A stretch of 64,000 nucleotides of DNA from an uncultured Gammaproteobacteria bacterium (GTDB lineage Bacteria > Patescibacteriota > Microgenomatia > Levybacterales > GWA1-39-11): positions 27,053 to 91,052 of the forward strand of contig CAZYWG010000005.1 of NCBI GenBank assembly GCA_964651815.1, written 5' to 3'. Positions 40,037 to 50,678 of this stretch are shown piece after piece. Under the pieces are notes generated by a model. It made no database searches and had not been told where the DNA came from. It saw nothing but the letters and a program-made list of their open reading frames with translations. The stretch's first letter is position 1, and the number at the start of each line of letters is the position of its first letter. The position numbers were made by a program, and so were the translations under genes.

Positions 40037-41682
40037 ATTGTGTATGCCACTAAAGCAGGTTTGCCATCGAGTGTATTAAAAGTTTTCAAGATTTTAATAT
40101 TTTTGGGTAAGTTAAACGGCGTATTAATATAAAGGACTTTTTTTGAACTTGAAATTTTGTAATTGAAATCATCCGGAAAAAGATATTTTCCAAAACTTTC
40201 TACCGTCACAAATCCAAAAGGGTCTCTTTTTATTTTTGCGCTGTTTATAAAATCTTGAGATAGAGTTTTTGAGTAGAACAAATAATAAATGTAAGGCCGC
40301 CCTAATGAGTTTGTCACTTGAATGTAGTCATATTTATTCTGCACAGACCTTACATACGCAATTGAATCTTTATAACCGTATTGCCATTCTGCGGAGAACT
40401 CTTGCGGATAATGATTGTAGTATTCGTATTCAAAATAAGCAAAGTTTAAAAGACACGCAATCACTACTAGGCCAATTGCGACAAACTTTAAATCTAATCC
40501 ATAAATCCTCTTTTTTATTGGCTCAAGCATATTATACAAACCGTAAGCCGCGAGTATTTGAACTGTTGGAAGAGTAGTTTCTATCCTAAGAGCATGTGGC
40601 GTTTCTCGGGCTGTAGCGGCCGGAATTATTCCAGCGAGGAGCCATATGGGAATAATCCACCACTCTCCCTCTTTTTTCTTAAACAGCAATAAAACTCCCC
40701 CAATAATAAAAATAGATTCCCAGATATACGCCTCTCCCACGCTCTGGATTGAAAACTTAGGGTTTCCGTCTCCTCGTATAAATAAGAATAGGGGACTTAA
40801 ATTATCAAAATAATGCTTAAAATATTCTAATGAATATAAAACTCTTCGGTTGTGAATAATTTTTGACCAAACGGCTCCATGGTCATTGGCAATCTCTTGA
40901 TTTGATATTTTTACAATTGACGGATCGCTAAAAATATTTACTTCTTGAAACCGTGTTTTTGATTGAGGAGTCAACAAAAAGAAAAATAGTGGAATAAATA
41001 ATACTATACCCACGAGCGAAGCCAAAATTACTTCTCTTTTTATTTTCCACAGTTGATTTCTAAACGCAAATGTCAAAATTACAACAATTAAGGGAGCGAA
41101 AACGCGCGAAGTGTTAAACGTATTCATAGAAATGACAAAAGAAATTGCTGATAAAATTAGGTACCATTTATTAGATTGAATTGCTCCTAAAAATAGCCAA
41201 ATCCCGCTCGCCAAAAAAAATGTCGCTACGTTTGCTTCAAAAGCAGCGCGCGAAAGCATTATGTGCCACGGGCTAATAGCCAATATAAACATTGAAATTA
41301 AAGCATAATTTTCTGAATTTTTGGACTTCCAAAAAATTCTTTTGACAAGAAAATATGTAATAAAGACGGTAAGAATCCCAAAAATTGCCGATGGAAACCT
41401 TGTGGCAAATTCATTAACACCAAAAAATTTGACGGGAAGGACATCTAGATAGGCGTAAACGGGTGGTTTATAGTCGCCGAATGACTCAAGATAGACTATT
41501 GGAAGTTTGCCGAACTCGTCGTGTCCTGTTGTCCCAAGTGAGTATGCATTGTAACCCCAAGCAGCTTCATCCCATGTAAGACTTGGCGGATTATTGCCTA
41601 GTTGATAAAGTCTTAAAAAAGTGGCAATAAATACTATGAAGAGAATTAGAATAAGACTTTTATACTTTTTAAGATACAGCAT
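40033..41682 (-). CDS. GT-C glycosyltransferase (PMT/ArnT-like)
   Basis: WDEAAWGYNAYS, GHDEFG, DYKPP, RFPSA, ISPWHIMLSRAAFE, WQYGY. Confidence 0.85.
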   Translation of the reverse strand: MLYLKKYKSLILILFIVFIATFLRLYQLGNNPPSLTWDEAAWGYNAYSLGTTGHDEFGKLPIVYLESFGDYKPPVYAYLDVLPVKFFGVNEFATRFPSAIFGILTVFITYFLVKRIFWKSKNSENYALISMFILAISPWHIMLSRAAFEANVATFFLASGIWLFLGAIQSNKWYLILSAISFVISMNTFNTSRVFAPLIVVILTFAFRNQLWKIKREVILASLVGIVLFIPLFFFLLTPQSKTRFQEVNIFSDPSIVKISNQEIANDHGAVWSKIIHNRRVLYSLEYFKHYFDNLSPLFLFIRGDGNPKFSIQSVGEAYIWESIFIIGGVLLLFKKKEGEWWIIPIWLLAGIIPAATARETPHALRIETTLPTVQILAAYGLYNMLEPIKKRIYGLDLKFVAIGLVVIACLLNFAYFEYEYYNHYPQEFSAEWQYGYKDSIAYVRSVQNKYDYIQVTNSLGRPYIYYLFYSKTLSQDFINSAKIKRDPFGFVTVESFGKYLFPDDFNYKISSSKKVLYINTPFNLPKNIKILKTFNTLDGKPALVAYTI

Positions 41683-41683
41683 A

Positions 41684-43393
41684 TTATTTCAGCATTAATT
41701 CCAGCATTTTCTGACTATTCTCATATTCTAACAAATCTGTAGAGTTAACTGCCTTAAAAATTGTATTTCCCAATTTATCTTTAACAACAAAAACGGGAGT
41801 TATTATTTTTGGAAAATCTACTGGGTTTGATACTATTAAAACCTTTTGGTTGGACAATTTTTTTAGTTGGCTTGCCGTGGGTGGATTATCGACAAAATAT
41901 ATATTATTAATTCTGTCAATTGATATCCATCCGTCCTCACCTGTTTTGTAATCCACCCCTTCCTTTTTTTGAAAAGATGAAGGATCATATTTTTTGTAAA
42001 AAAGATAATAGATGTATTGCTTTGCATCATTTAAATGCCTTGAAATGTATATACGGTCATAGCCAGTTTCAACAGAATATGTTTTTTGCATCAATTCTCT
42101 ATAACCATATTGGGAGAAAATGGAATAATTGTTCTTAAAATAACTGTTGTAAAGTATGTAAAAAGAAGTAAAGCTGAACAAAATTACTAAAATAAATGCC
42201 AAGCTAAATAATCGTCCAAACTTTTGCTTGTTCAAAACGTCAAATAGGAAAAAAGCTCCAATTCCATTAAGAATAGCAAGATAAGGAATCATAATAGACG
42301 CTCTTGTATAATTTCCATCACTTGTCAAAGAATCAGGTAATGCCGATAGTAAAAATAAAAGAATAAAAATAATATTAAGTTTTCGCTGTTTTTCTTGCCT
42401 TAATAAAAAAACGATTCCTAGAATTAATAACGGAAAACAAAAAAGATAATCTAAACCTCTAAGTGGCAATATTGAAAACTGTGTCGCTGTACCATTTATA
42501 TATAAAAAATTGGGTGAAAAATGGGACAAATAATTCTTGACAAATATACTTATAAAAAGAGCGATTTTATTATCAGCTATTTTACAAATGTTGGGATTTA
42601 CTATTGCAAGACACTGTCCTCTTTCATCGTTAAGAGTATTAATAAGACCAATACTATTGATGTTAGTTGTTATTCCAACTTGTGAAAATCTTACTGAAGC
42701 AGAATTTTTTTGGAAAATTATTGGGGATATAAGAATCAAAAAAAATATTAATACATAAAATAATGGTTTGAATCCTAGTTCTTTCTTATAATTTGCGTAA
42801 AGAATTAAAAACAATGTAATTGGAGCATACAGAATATAAGCGGAGTATGTATACATGCAGGCTGCAAGAAAAAAAGAGGAAATTAGGAGATCCTTTCGGG
42901 ATTTTTGTATAAATCCAAAAAATAACGCCAGAATTAAAAATAAAACAGCAATATTTGATTCATGCCCTATTCTATTTAGCCCAAACGCCCAGGGCATTAT
43001 TGCAAGTAAAACTGCCGAAAGCAAAGCTGCTTTAGAATTGACTAATTTCTTAACTAGAAAAAACAATACAATAACTGATAAAACACCTGCCAGTGCCGAC
43101 ATAAACCTTATAGAAAATTCGCTGAGTCCAAATAGTGCTATAGGGATTATTGAGGTATATCTAAATACAGGAGGTTGAAAATCCCCAAAACCTATAAAAT
43201 TGCTTATTGGCAAGAAATTATTCCATTGATCGTGCCCTGTCTTAAGTAGCGAATATGCATCATACCCAGCGTTCGCTTCATCATTTAAAAAGCCTGCAGG
43301 AATATTCCCCAATTGGTAAAAACGTAGAAATGTAGTGAATGCGAAAACTGCAATTAATATTATTGTTAGTTTGTTTTTAAACAAATTTTTCAT
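41684..43393 (-). CDS. GT-C glycosyltransferase (PMT/ArnT-like)
   Basis: NDEANAGYDAYS, GHDQW, DFQPP, NYLSHFSP, QYGY. Confidence 0.85.
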   Translation of the reverse strand: MKNLFKNKLTIILIAVFAFTTFLRFYQLGNIPAGFLNDEANAGYDAYSLLKTGHDQWNNFLPISNFIGFGDFQPPVFRYTSIIPIALFGLSEFSIRFMSALAGVLSVIVLFFLVKKLVNSKAALLSAVLLAIMPWAFGLNRIGHESNIAVLFLILALFFGFIQKSRKDLLISSFFLAACMYTYSAYILYAPITLFLILYANYKKELGFKPLFYVLIFFLILISPIIFQKNSASVRFSQVGITTNINSIGLINTLNDERGQCLAIVNPNICKIADNKIALFISIFVKNYLSHFSPNFLYINGTATQFSILPLRGLDYLFCFPLLILGIVFLLRQEKQRKLNIIFILLFLLSALPDSLTSDGNYTRASIMIPYLAILNGIGAFFLFDVLNKQKFGRLFSLAFILVILFSFTSFYILYNSYFKNNYSIFSQYGYRELMQKTYSVETGYDRIYISRHLNDAKQYIYYLFYKKYDPSSFQKKEGVDYKTGEDGWISIDRINNIYFVDNPPTASQLKKLSNQKVLIVSNPVDFPKIITPVFVVKDKLGNTIFKAVNSTDLLEYENSQKMLELMLK

Positions 43394-45102
43394 TTTGTAA
43401 TTGACATAACCTTAAATGCCGCAGTGTTATCGCTTCTCTTAATAATCGCTATTTTTTCGACTCCTTCACTCGGCGTCTCACATTGCCCATCATCTACATA
43501 TAAAATTCCTTTTTCTCCAACTAATTTTGTTACTAAAATACCCGTTTTTTTATCAGTATCTTGGTACGCCCTGAGTGGACACCCATCTTTTGATATATGA
43601 TACTTATCAAATGAAACGCTTCCATAATCCTGGCCTATTGTATTCTTTTTAAGAATATTTTGAACAATTTTTGGATCATAACTGTTGTAGAAAAAAATAA
43701 ACATTGAAGGACTTCCGTATGAATCTGAAATTACTACCTTTTTATATTTAAGTGTGTATTTGTTTAGAGTTGACACCAATTCGCGGTATCCTTCTTCGCG
43801 AAACCAAGGCCTATGAACAACCTGCTGGACGTAGTAAGAATAAAGATAGAAAGATAAACTATATGCAATTACAACAGCAACACAAAACATTGCAAATCTG
43901 AATACCCACTTATTTTTAAAACTTGTAAAAAAATTATAAATTTCACACAAACCAAGCGCCGAAATAATTGATAGAGCGGGAAAAATAATAAGAGTTCGTT
44001 GGAGATTTGGCACATCGTCAAAAGTCAGAGCACTTCCCACAGGTGCGAGAGCCACCCAACCAAGAATTAATACTCCCAACTTTTTGTCATTTCTAAATAA
44101 GCTCCAAATACCCAAAAATAAAAGGGGAATATCAAAAAAATACAAAATTCCCATATCAGGAACTCTATATCTTGCCGGCAATCCTTGATCAGTAAAGAGA
44201 AAAGAATATGAAAAATGTTGAAAATAATTTTGTGCAAATGTTGTTGAATAATTGAGAATTTTATTATGAAAAACCCGGGCAATCTGTGGCGGAACATTCA
44301 TCACCCCATCTTCTCTAAGTTCTTCATTTAATACCAGCTGTGTTTGAGGATTCTGAAATATAGATAATGTCCTTAGCCTGAAGGAGAGAGTTGGCGAAAG
44401 AATTATTAATGCAACAGGAATAATTATTAAAAGAATGTATAAAGCAATGGGGCTAAAAAATTTTTTGACTCCGCTTTTTTTATTCGCAAATAAAGTCACA
44501 ACTAACAATATCGGAATAAAAAGTGGCAGAAAACTTCTGGGTGCTTGGTACGTCAAAAGGGTTATTAAAAGAGAAAGATAACTTAGAATAAGAAGATAAA
44601 ATTTATTCTTCTCATTCCATAATAAAAATAACCAGATTCCAAGAGATATAAAAAATACAACTATAACATTCTCCGTTGAGACACGCGATAAGTTAATATT
44701 CCACGGAGAAATTGCGATAAAAAATGCTGCAAATATTGCAATAGTTTCTGAGTTTTTAAACTTTGAAAAAAGTTTATTAGTAAGTAAAAAGGTTGTCAGA
44801 ATAGTTAAGCTTCCAAACAACGCTGCAGCAAACCTTACAGAAAATTCATTCAAACCAAAAAGAATTATAAAAGGAATTGAAAAATACGAATAACCCGCCG
44901 GACTATAAAGAAAAGACTTAAAGTGAATGGGTAGAAAACCGCCGGTAATCTCACTCCCAGTTTTGAGTATCGAATAAGCGTTATACCCGAGGTATGCTTC
45001 GTCTGTGTGAAAGCCTAATGGGATTAAACCAAGTTTGTAAAACCGGAGAGCTGTACCAAGTAAAAAAATGATCAATAAAAAAACATATACTTTTTTCGTC
45101 AT
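43390..45102 (-). CDS. GT-C glycosyltransferase (PMT/ArnT-like)
   Basis: TDEAYLGYNAYS, ISPWNINLSR, NYFQHFS, multi-TM. Confidence 0.85.
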   Translation of the reverse strand: MTKKVYVFLLIIFLLGTALRFYKLGLIPLGFHTDEAYLGYNAYSILKTGSEITGGFLPIHFKSFLYSPAGYSYFSIPFIILFGLNEFSVRFAAALFGSLTILTTFLLTNKLFSKFKNSETIAIFAAFFIAISPWNINLSRVSTENVIVVFFISLGIWLFLLWNEKNKFYLLILSYLSLLITLLTYQAPRSFLPLFIPILLVVTLFANKKSGVKKFFSPIALYILLIIIPVALIILSPTLSFRLRTLSIFQNPQTQLVLNEELREDGVMNVPPQIARVFHNKILNYSTTFAQNYFQHFSYSFLFTDQGLPARYRVPDMGILYFFDIPLLFLGIWSLFRNDKKLGVLILGWVALAPVGSALTFDDVPNLQRTLIIFPALSIISALGLCEIYNFFTSFKNKWVFRFAMFCVAVVIAYSLSFYLYSYYVQQVVHRPWFREEGYRELVSTLNKYTLKYKKVVISDSYGSPSMFIFFYNSYDPKIVQNILKKNTIGQDYGSVSFDKYHISKDGCPLRAYQDTDKKTGILVTKLVGEKGILYVDDGQCETPSEGVEKIAIIKRSDNTAAFKVMSITK

Positions 45103-46748
45103 ACAAGCACATTGTTAATCTTCTTTTTGAAAACCCACATCAGAATTAAAACAATTATAGAAAACAAGCTTATATAATCTGCAAATTGCCTCGAGCGAGT
45201 TTCTTGAAATTTAATCTCGGCCTTATGCTTTCCGTTCGGAACATTAAAAGTTATTAATCCCCTATGGTTCATATCCTGAAATTGAATAAGTGTTTCCTGT
45301 TTATCTACATAAACTTTCCATCCTGGAAAGTAAACTGTATTGTCAACTATAGTCATCTTTGTTTTTGCTAATAGAGTAAGAACATGCAAGTTGCTTTTCT
45401 TCTTTTCGCTTTCTATTTCACCTTTTCCGGAAATTATTTCATATTGGTTATTGGCCCTCTTCCAAAAATCACCAGCAGTCCATATAGAACTCGTTCTCAA
45501 ATGATAATCCGTAGTCCCTTGATAAGAATTGTAAAAATTATCCGTATGATTTACATACCCTTGGACTTTTATAAATGGGGCGGAAAAAATGATAAACAAA
45601 ACCATAGCTAAAAGTAGTAGGGTTTTACTTTTAATGTAATTCATTATGTAAAAAATTACTATGCAAGCACTAAAACCTGAAAGCGCGGTAAACCGCCAAG
45701 GATAACCCATTTGCCTCACTACTGGAAGATGCTCCCATAAAATTTTTGAGTATTCCGTAGTCATAAAAGCTGCCCCTAAAAAAATTATTAGCCAAAAAAC
45801 TATTTCCTTCCTATACTTCTTAATTCTTGATAAAAATAAAATTGTAAGCAGTGGTAAAACAAGATATAAAATACCTATCTGCGGTGAAAGCCCGTTTTTT
45901 AAATTGATATCCGGACCAAATCCCCACGGAGAATAAAGTAAGTGAAAAATAGGTACAAAATTTGTCTTATATAAAGTGTCGACCATAAGTTTTTCGTAGA
46001 CAAACTTCCCTTCCAGAATTGCAGGTAACCAGAAAAAACATGACACACCTAACCCGACTAAAAAAATGAACAAAGAACGAATAAATCCATATAGGCTTTT
46101 GGCAAAAACAATAGAATAAAGAAAAAATACAGGTGAAAATATGGCTGCCATCCCATTATGGGATAATACAAAGAAGCCGTAAGCAAAACTTCCTAAAATT
46201 ATAGCTGTGATACGTTTCTCTTTTTGGGCATTATCAATTGACAAAAAAATCAATGGGATAAAAATAAAACTCAACATTTCAGCAACGTCCCCTCTCACAA
46301 ATGTATCAAGGAGCCTATAAGGCAGAACTAAATATATTATTGATGTTGCGAAGGCAATTTCTTTCTTTGAATTTTTTGAAAGCCAATGGAAAAGTAAAAT
46401 GGGACCAAGCAAGAAACTCGCTGACATAATTAACTTATACGTGTTTTCGTATGATATTCCTCCAAAATGAATAAAGCTCGCAAGATAACCTGGTAGTGGA
46501 TAAAAGAAAATAAAAAGAGGAGAACCATATCCATAGTTTAAGTTGCCTGCCCACCTTGGGATCATTTGACCGTCTAAAAAAGCTTTAAAATACGCGGCGA
46601 ATCTTGCTACGTGAGCTTCACCATCCTGCGACATGTAAAAATTTGAATGCAAAATAGGAAACAAAAGAAGCAAGCCTATCAAAAAAATAAGAAGACTATA
46701 AAAATTTTCAACAATTAATTTACGAACCTGTATTTTAAAAGTTTCCAT
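45099..46748 (-). CDS. 'PTPS-related' membrane protein, GT-C/YfhO-like
   Basis: SQDGEAHVAR, PRWAGNLNYGYG, RGDVAE, FWLPA, YPWRF, YFPGW. Confidence 0.8.
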   Translation of the reverse strand: METFKIQVRKLIVENFYSLLIFLIGLLLLFPILHSNFYMSQDGEAHVARFAAYFKAFLDGQMIPRWAGNLNYGYGSPLFIFFYPLPGYLASFIHFGGISYENTYKLIMSASFLLGPILLFHWLSKNSKKEIAFATSIIYLVLPYRLLDTFVRGDVAEMLSFIFIPLIFLSIDNAQKEKRITAIILGSFAYGFFVLSHNGMAAIFSPVFFLYSIVFAKSLYGFIRSLFIFLVGLGVSCFFWLPAILEGKFVYEKLMVDTLYKTNFVPIFHLLYSPWGFGPDINLKNGLSPQIGILYLVLPLLTILFLSRIKKYRKEIVFWLIIFLGAAFMTTEYSKILWEHLPVVRQMGYPWRFTALSGFSACIVIFYIMNYIKSKTLLLLAMVLFIIFSAPFIKVQGYVNHTDNFYNSYQGTTDYHLRTSSIWTAGDFWKRANNQYEIISGKGEIESEKKKSNLHVLTLLAKTKMTIVDNTVYFPGWKVYVDKQETLIQFQDMNHRGLITFNVPNGKHKAEIKFQETRSRQFADYISLFSIIVLILMWVFKKKINNVLV

Positions 46749-47452
46749 AAGGCAACTGCACCATCGGTAACGGTATTTAGTTTTTTTCCTTCTTCGTATC
46801 CACGAGGTGTTGTTTTTATCGGAATTTCTTTAATTTTTAAACCTTTTTTTAAAAGCTTGGCAGTAATCTCAGGTTCAAAGTCAAAACGTTTAGAGGAAAG
46901 ATTCATATTTAGCACGGCTTTTCTAGGGAAAAGCTTATAACACGTTTCCATATCTGTGATCCACTGTCCGTACAATACACTTGTGATAAGACTTAAAAAT
47001 CTATTACCAATATAATGAATTAAAAACTGTGGTCTTCTTTCTTCATTTTTAAAGTGAGGAAGCCTATTTAGCCGGGTTCCATAAACAACGTCATTTTTTT
47101 CTTTAATATAGGAAAATAATATGGGGATGTCTGTTGGGTCGTATTCTAAATCGGCATCTTGAATAATAATATAGTCTCCCGTTGCATCATTTATTCCCGT
47201 GCGGACTGCTGCTCCCTTTCCCAAGTTTTCCCCATGCTTTATAAACTTAAAATTACTTGTTTTCGAATTATTTGAGTTTTTGTTAAAAAAACCGGTCTCT
47301 GTAATTTGCTCTACAGTAGAATCACTTGAACCATCATCAACCACAATTACTTCAACCGTAACATTTTTGATTATTACCTTTTTTACACGGTGTAAAACTT
47401 TGGAAATGGTTTTCTCTTCGTTAAAAACCGGAATAATTATTGATAACTTCAT
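46715..47452 (-). CDS. GT2, polyprenyl-phosphate glycosyltransferase-like (DPM1 type)
   Basis: VDDGSSD, NLGKGAAV, QDADLEYDP, TDMETCYK, FDFEPEITAK. Confidence 0.9.
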   Translation of the reverse strand: MKLSIIIPVFNEEKTISKVLHRVKKVIIKNVTVEVIVVDDGSSDSTVEQITETGFFNKNSNNSKTSNFKFIKHGENLGKGAAVRTGINDATGDYIIIQDADLEYDPTDIPILFSYIKEKNDVVYGTRLNRLPHFKNEERRPQFLIHYIGNRFLSLITSVLYGQWITDMETCYKLFPRKAVLNMNLSSKRFDFEPEITAKLLKKGLKIKEIPIKTTPRGYEEGKKLNTVTDGAVALWKLLKYRFVN

Positions 47453-48387
47453 TTATGTAATAACTCGGAATCCTTTTTTCTATATTGTTTTTTTTGTTTT
47501 TTCCTTTTCTGAATTATAGCAGGAATTCTTACAACCGCATAGAAAAATCCAATAAAGAAAGCAGTATCAAAATTAATAATCGCGTGAGCAAAATGATATG
47601 GAAGCCAAAGTGTGTGCGAAATTATTAAATTAGAGTCTGTTATATTCTTCCAAATAAATGTGAATTGATTTCTATAAGCAATTTTTTTAATTTGATTATT
47701 TTTGTAATGTTTTTTAATTGCTCCTTTATCGTGATGGTGCTCAACTACACTTTTTGGTTCAAATAGAATGTTATATCCGGATTTTTGTGCTCTGTAGGAA
47801 AGATCTATGTCTTCCCAATAAAAAGGGTTGTATAACGGGTCAAACCCTCCAATTTCCTCAAATATCTTCCGGCGAATAAGGCTGCTTCCACCGGAAATCC
47901 AAAATGTATCTTTTTTGTCAACTTCTCCCCTAGAATGAACTAGAAAGCCCCGCGACCAGCGAGCAACTCCCCTTCCACGTAAAATTACTTTTTCTTCTTC
48001 AATGCTCTTATCCATTAATCCAACTCCAAAAAGTTCTTCATTTTTAACAAAATGTTTTATTGCATCATCTAAGAAATTTTCTTCTACGACAATATCAGTG
48101 TTCAAAAGAAAAACCAAATCGCTATTACAAGCACTCACGCCGTTGTTAACATTTGATGAAAACCCTAAATTCTTTTTGTTCCTTAACAACCTTAATTTTA
48201 TAGGGTGGGTTTTTTTTATTTTTTCAACAAAAATATTAAGAGCATTGAAATCCTCTTCTTTTGAAAAGTCATCTGTTATAACAATTTGGCCAACATTATA
48301 TTTTGAGATATATTTGATTAAAATCGGGAGATTTTTTTCTATCAAATTAAAACCGTTATAATTAGGAATTACTACATCTATTTTCAT
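47449..48387 (-). CDS. Glycosyltransferase family 2
   Basis: IPNYNG, NLGFSSNVN, LLNTD, FYWEDIDLSYRA. Confidence 0.9.
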   Translation of the reverse strand: MKIDVVIPNYNGFNLIEKNLPILIKYISKYNVGQIVITDDFSKEEDFNALNIFVEKIKKTHPIKLRLLRNKKNLGFSSNVNNGVSACNSDLVFLLNTDIVVEENFLDDAIKHFVKNEELFGVGLMDKSIEEEKVILRGRGVARWSRGFLVHSRGEVDKKDTFWISGGSSLIRRKIFEEIGGFDPLYNPFYWEDIDLSYRAQKSGYNILFEPKSVVEHHHDKGAIKKHYKNNQIKKIAYRNQFTFIWKNITDSNLIISHTLWLPYHFAHAIINFDTAFFIGFFYAVVRIPAIIQKRKKQKKQYRKKDSELLHK

Positions 48388-50675
48388 AATAATGAGTCAT
48401 AAAATTCTATAGTGTGAGTCCCTGATGGCACTACGATTCCTCGAAAAGTGTAATCTGTTAAATATATTCTACCCGCTTCACCATCTATTTTAACTTTCCA
48501 TGTTGGATAATAAACATCTGTTAAAACCAAAAATCCTTCTCCTTTGTTGGTTGACACAAGTATTATTTTGTTTGCTGAATATTCATTAATTTTTACGAGT
48601 CCTGTTTCCCAGCTTTTTTTAAACCTTGAATCGTTACCCGAATTCTCTACTACGGCTACGTGGTTTAGCAAATTGTTTGGATCGAAAATCGCATTGATCG
48701 CGCTTTGCTTGTCACGAGCAGGTATTGTCGACGAAACAAAAAACGCTCGAGGGAATGCTAAAGTATTTTCATAAACATTTACGTGTCCCTCAGAAAGTAC
48801 AGGTGTTAACTTATCATCATGCAAAATAGAAGACGAAAGCACAAACCTAACTCCTAAGAAATCCGTCAGGCGCGATTTTGTATCTTGCAAAGTTATTATC
48901 CTATTAAATCCAAATGGTGTTGATATATCCGCTTTATTTCTTGAAGTTGCTGAAGCAAACTCACCGTAACGCATTAGATATAATGGATCATATCCATCTA
49001 CGGTTTGTAAATGATACATAACAGAAAAATTAGGTGGTAGAATTTGAGAGTCCGTGCTCATAACACGAAATAAGCCACTCTGGTTTTGTAAATATGATAA
49101 GACGCGAGTGCTCGGAAAGAGATATTCTTTATTTGTAAACGGTTCAAACTTCCAGCCAAAACGAATTAAATCAAAAAAAGTAAGTATCAGCAAAATTGAA
49201 AAAAACAGATAATCAATTTTGGGATTTTTTATTTTGTAGGTAAATCGTAGAATTATAAAAATTACATAAATGACTGAAAAGATAAAAGTAGGCAAAAATA
49301 GATTCTGCCTCGCAACCATTACTTGATCTTGTGTAAATATTCCAAAACTCCCGAACAACACAAATATCCAAAGTCCAATAAATACGAAGCTCGCGCCGGA
49401 AATTAGATAAATTATATTCTTTTTTTGTTTTGTGTAGTAATCAAAACCTAGCGCTGCAAGTACAGCCAATGAAAAATCTATTACAAAAATTAGCCTTGTA
49501 GGTTGTGCTGTAGACAAAAATGGAATATGTAAAACAAATGGAATTTTAGATATTTGAGTGGGTAATGCAAAGATTAACGATATGAGTAGGATCAGAAAGA
49601 ATAATATGGTTTTTTTATCACGCCTGAAAAAAACAGCAAAAAGCGCGGCCAAAAGTGGAAATATTCCTACATATCCAACAAACTCCGCGTAATTCCAAAT
49701 CCCTGTGTAATTTAGCGTTGCGGGATTTCCAAAAAAATCCGGGGCCACAAATTGAACTAAATTTTGCCACGGAATAAACCATCCGGTATTTTTGTAACCT
49801 ATAAGATCGGCGTCTCTTGCTGAAAGAAGAATGAATTGAAGACTAGGATACCATTGGACAAAAGTAATGAGCAAGAACAATGCATTTATAATAATGTAGG
49901 TTAACAATAGTTTGCCTTTATTTTTTTGCTCAAAAAGTCGGACCATAAAATATAATGATGACAAAACATACATATAAAAAAACGTTTGCAAATGTCCTGC
50001 AAAAAATGAAGAAATTAATGTGATAACTAAAATCAAACACCACACCCCCACTTTTTTGCTCATTATTGCTGCTTCTTTATTAATTATTCCTATCGTAATT
50101 TTGTCGATTGATAACAATATTAATGGCAGCCATAACGCAGTATTCAATATATTCCCCCACTCCATCCAGGCAACAAAAAATCCGCTAAAGGAAAACGTTA
50201 TTGCACCTAGTAAACATGCCTCTTTTTTAAGCTTTAAATTTTCAAGATACAAAAACATAAAAAATCCTGCGAGTATTGGCTGAAGAATTATTAAAAACGA
50301 CCATGCATTTTTGAATGGAAGAAAAAAATACAAAAAGTTTAAAGGGTAAAATGCGCTTGATTGAAAATTTGCAAGGAGCGGCGTTCCCGAAAAATTATAT
50401 GGATTCCAGATTGGAAGTTCCAGCTTTTTTCCTGCATCAATCACCAAATTCTTCCACGGATAAGTTTGCCTAACAGGATCTGTTATCAAGAAATTTTTGA
50501 ACGGGATACCTCTTGGATAATTGTTGGCGTAAATATCACGAAATGGATAATAAAGCCCGACAATCGTATCAGAAGGGATTGGTAATAAGTCTGAAATAAT
50601 AGTTTTCTGAAAGTAGAATAGACATGACAAAACTAATAAAAACAAAAATAAATTCTTTTTTATAAAATCAATCAT
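48384..50675 (-). CDS. YfhO family membrane glycosyltransferase-like protein
   Basis: DPVRQTYPWK, WNPYNFSGTPLLAN, GHLQ, GYDPLY, YYPTW, YTFRG. Confidence 0.85.
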   Translation of the reverse strand: MIDFIKKNLFLFLLVLSCLFYFQKTIISDLLPIPSDTIVGLYYPFRDIYANNYPRGIPFKNFLITDPVRQTYPWKNLVIDAGKKLELPIWNPYNFSGTPLLANFQSSAFYPLNFLYFFLPFKNAWSFLIILQPILAGFFMFLYLENLKLKKEACLLGAITFSFSGFFVAWMEWGNILNTALWLPLILLSIDKITIGIINKEAAIMSKKVGVWCLILVITLISSFFAGHLQTFFYMYVLSSLYFMVRLFEQKNKGKLLLTYIIINALFLLITFVQWYPSLQFILLSARDADLIGYKNTGWFIPWQNLVQFVAPDFFGNPATLNYTGIWNYAEFVGYVGIFPLLAALFAVFFRRDKKTILFFLILLISLIFALPTQISKIPFVLHIPFLSTAQPTRLIFVIDFSLAVLAALGFDYYTKQKKNIIYLISGASFVFIGLWIFVLFGSFGIFTQDQVMVARQNLFLPTFIFSVIYVIFIILRFTYKIKNPKIDYLFFSILLILTFFDLIRFGWKFEPFTNKEYLFPSTRVLSYLQNQSGLFRVMSTDSQILPPNFSVMYHLQTVDGYDPLYLMRYGEFASATSRNKADISTPFGFNRIITLQDTKSRLTDFLGVRFVLSSSILHDDKLTPVLSEGHVNVYENTLAFPRAFFVSSTIPARDKQSAINAIFDPNNLLNHVAVVENSGNDSRFKKSWETGLVKINEYSANKIILVSTNKGEGFLVLTDVYYPTWKVKIDGEAGRIYLTDYTFRGIVVPSGTHTIEFYDSLL

Positions 50676-50678
50676 AAA

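Noticed and set aside
38750-47285. Possible decayed heptamer arrays at about 38753-38790 (FCILLFIFNF) and 47245-47285 (NSNNSKTSNFK)
   Set aside because: Periodicity too degenerate to call by eye
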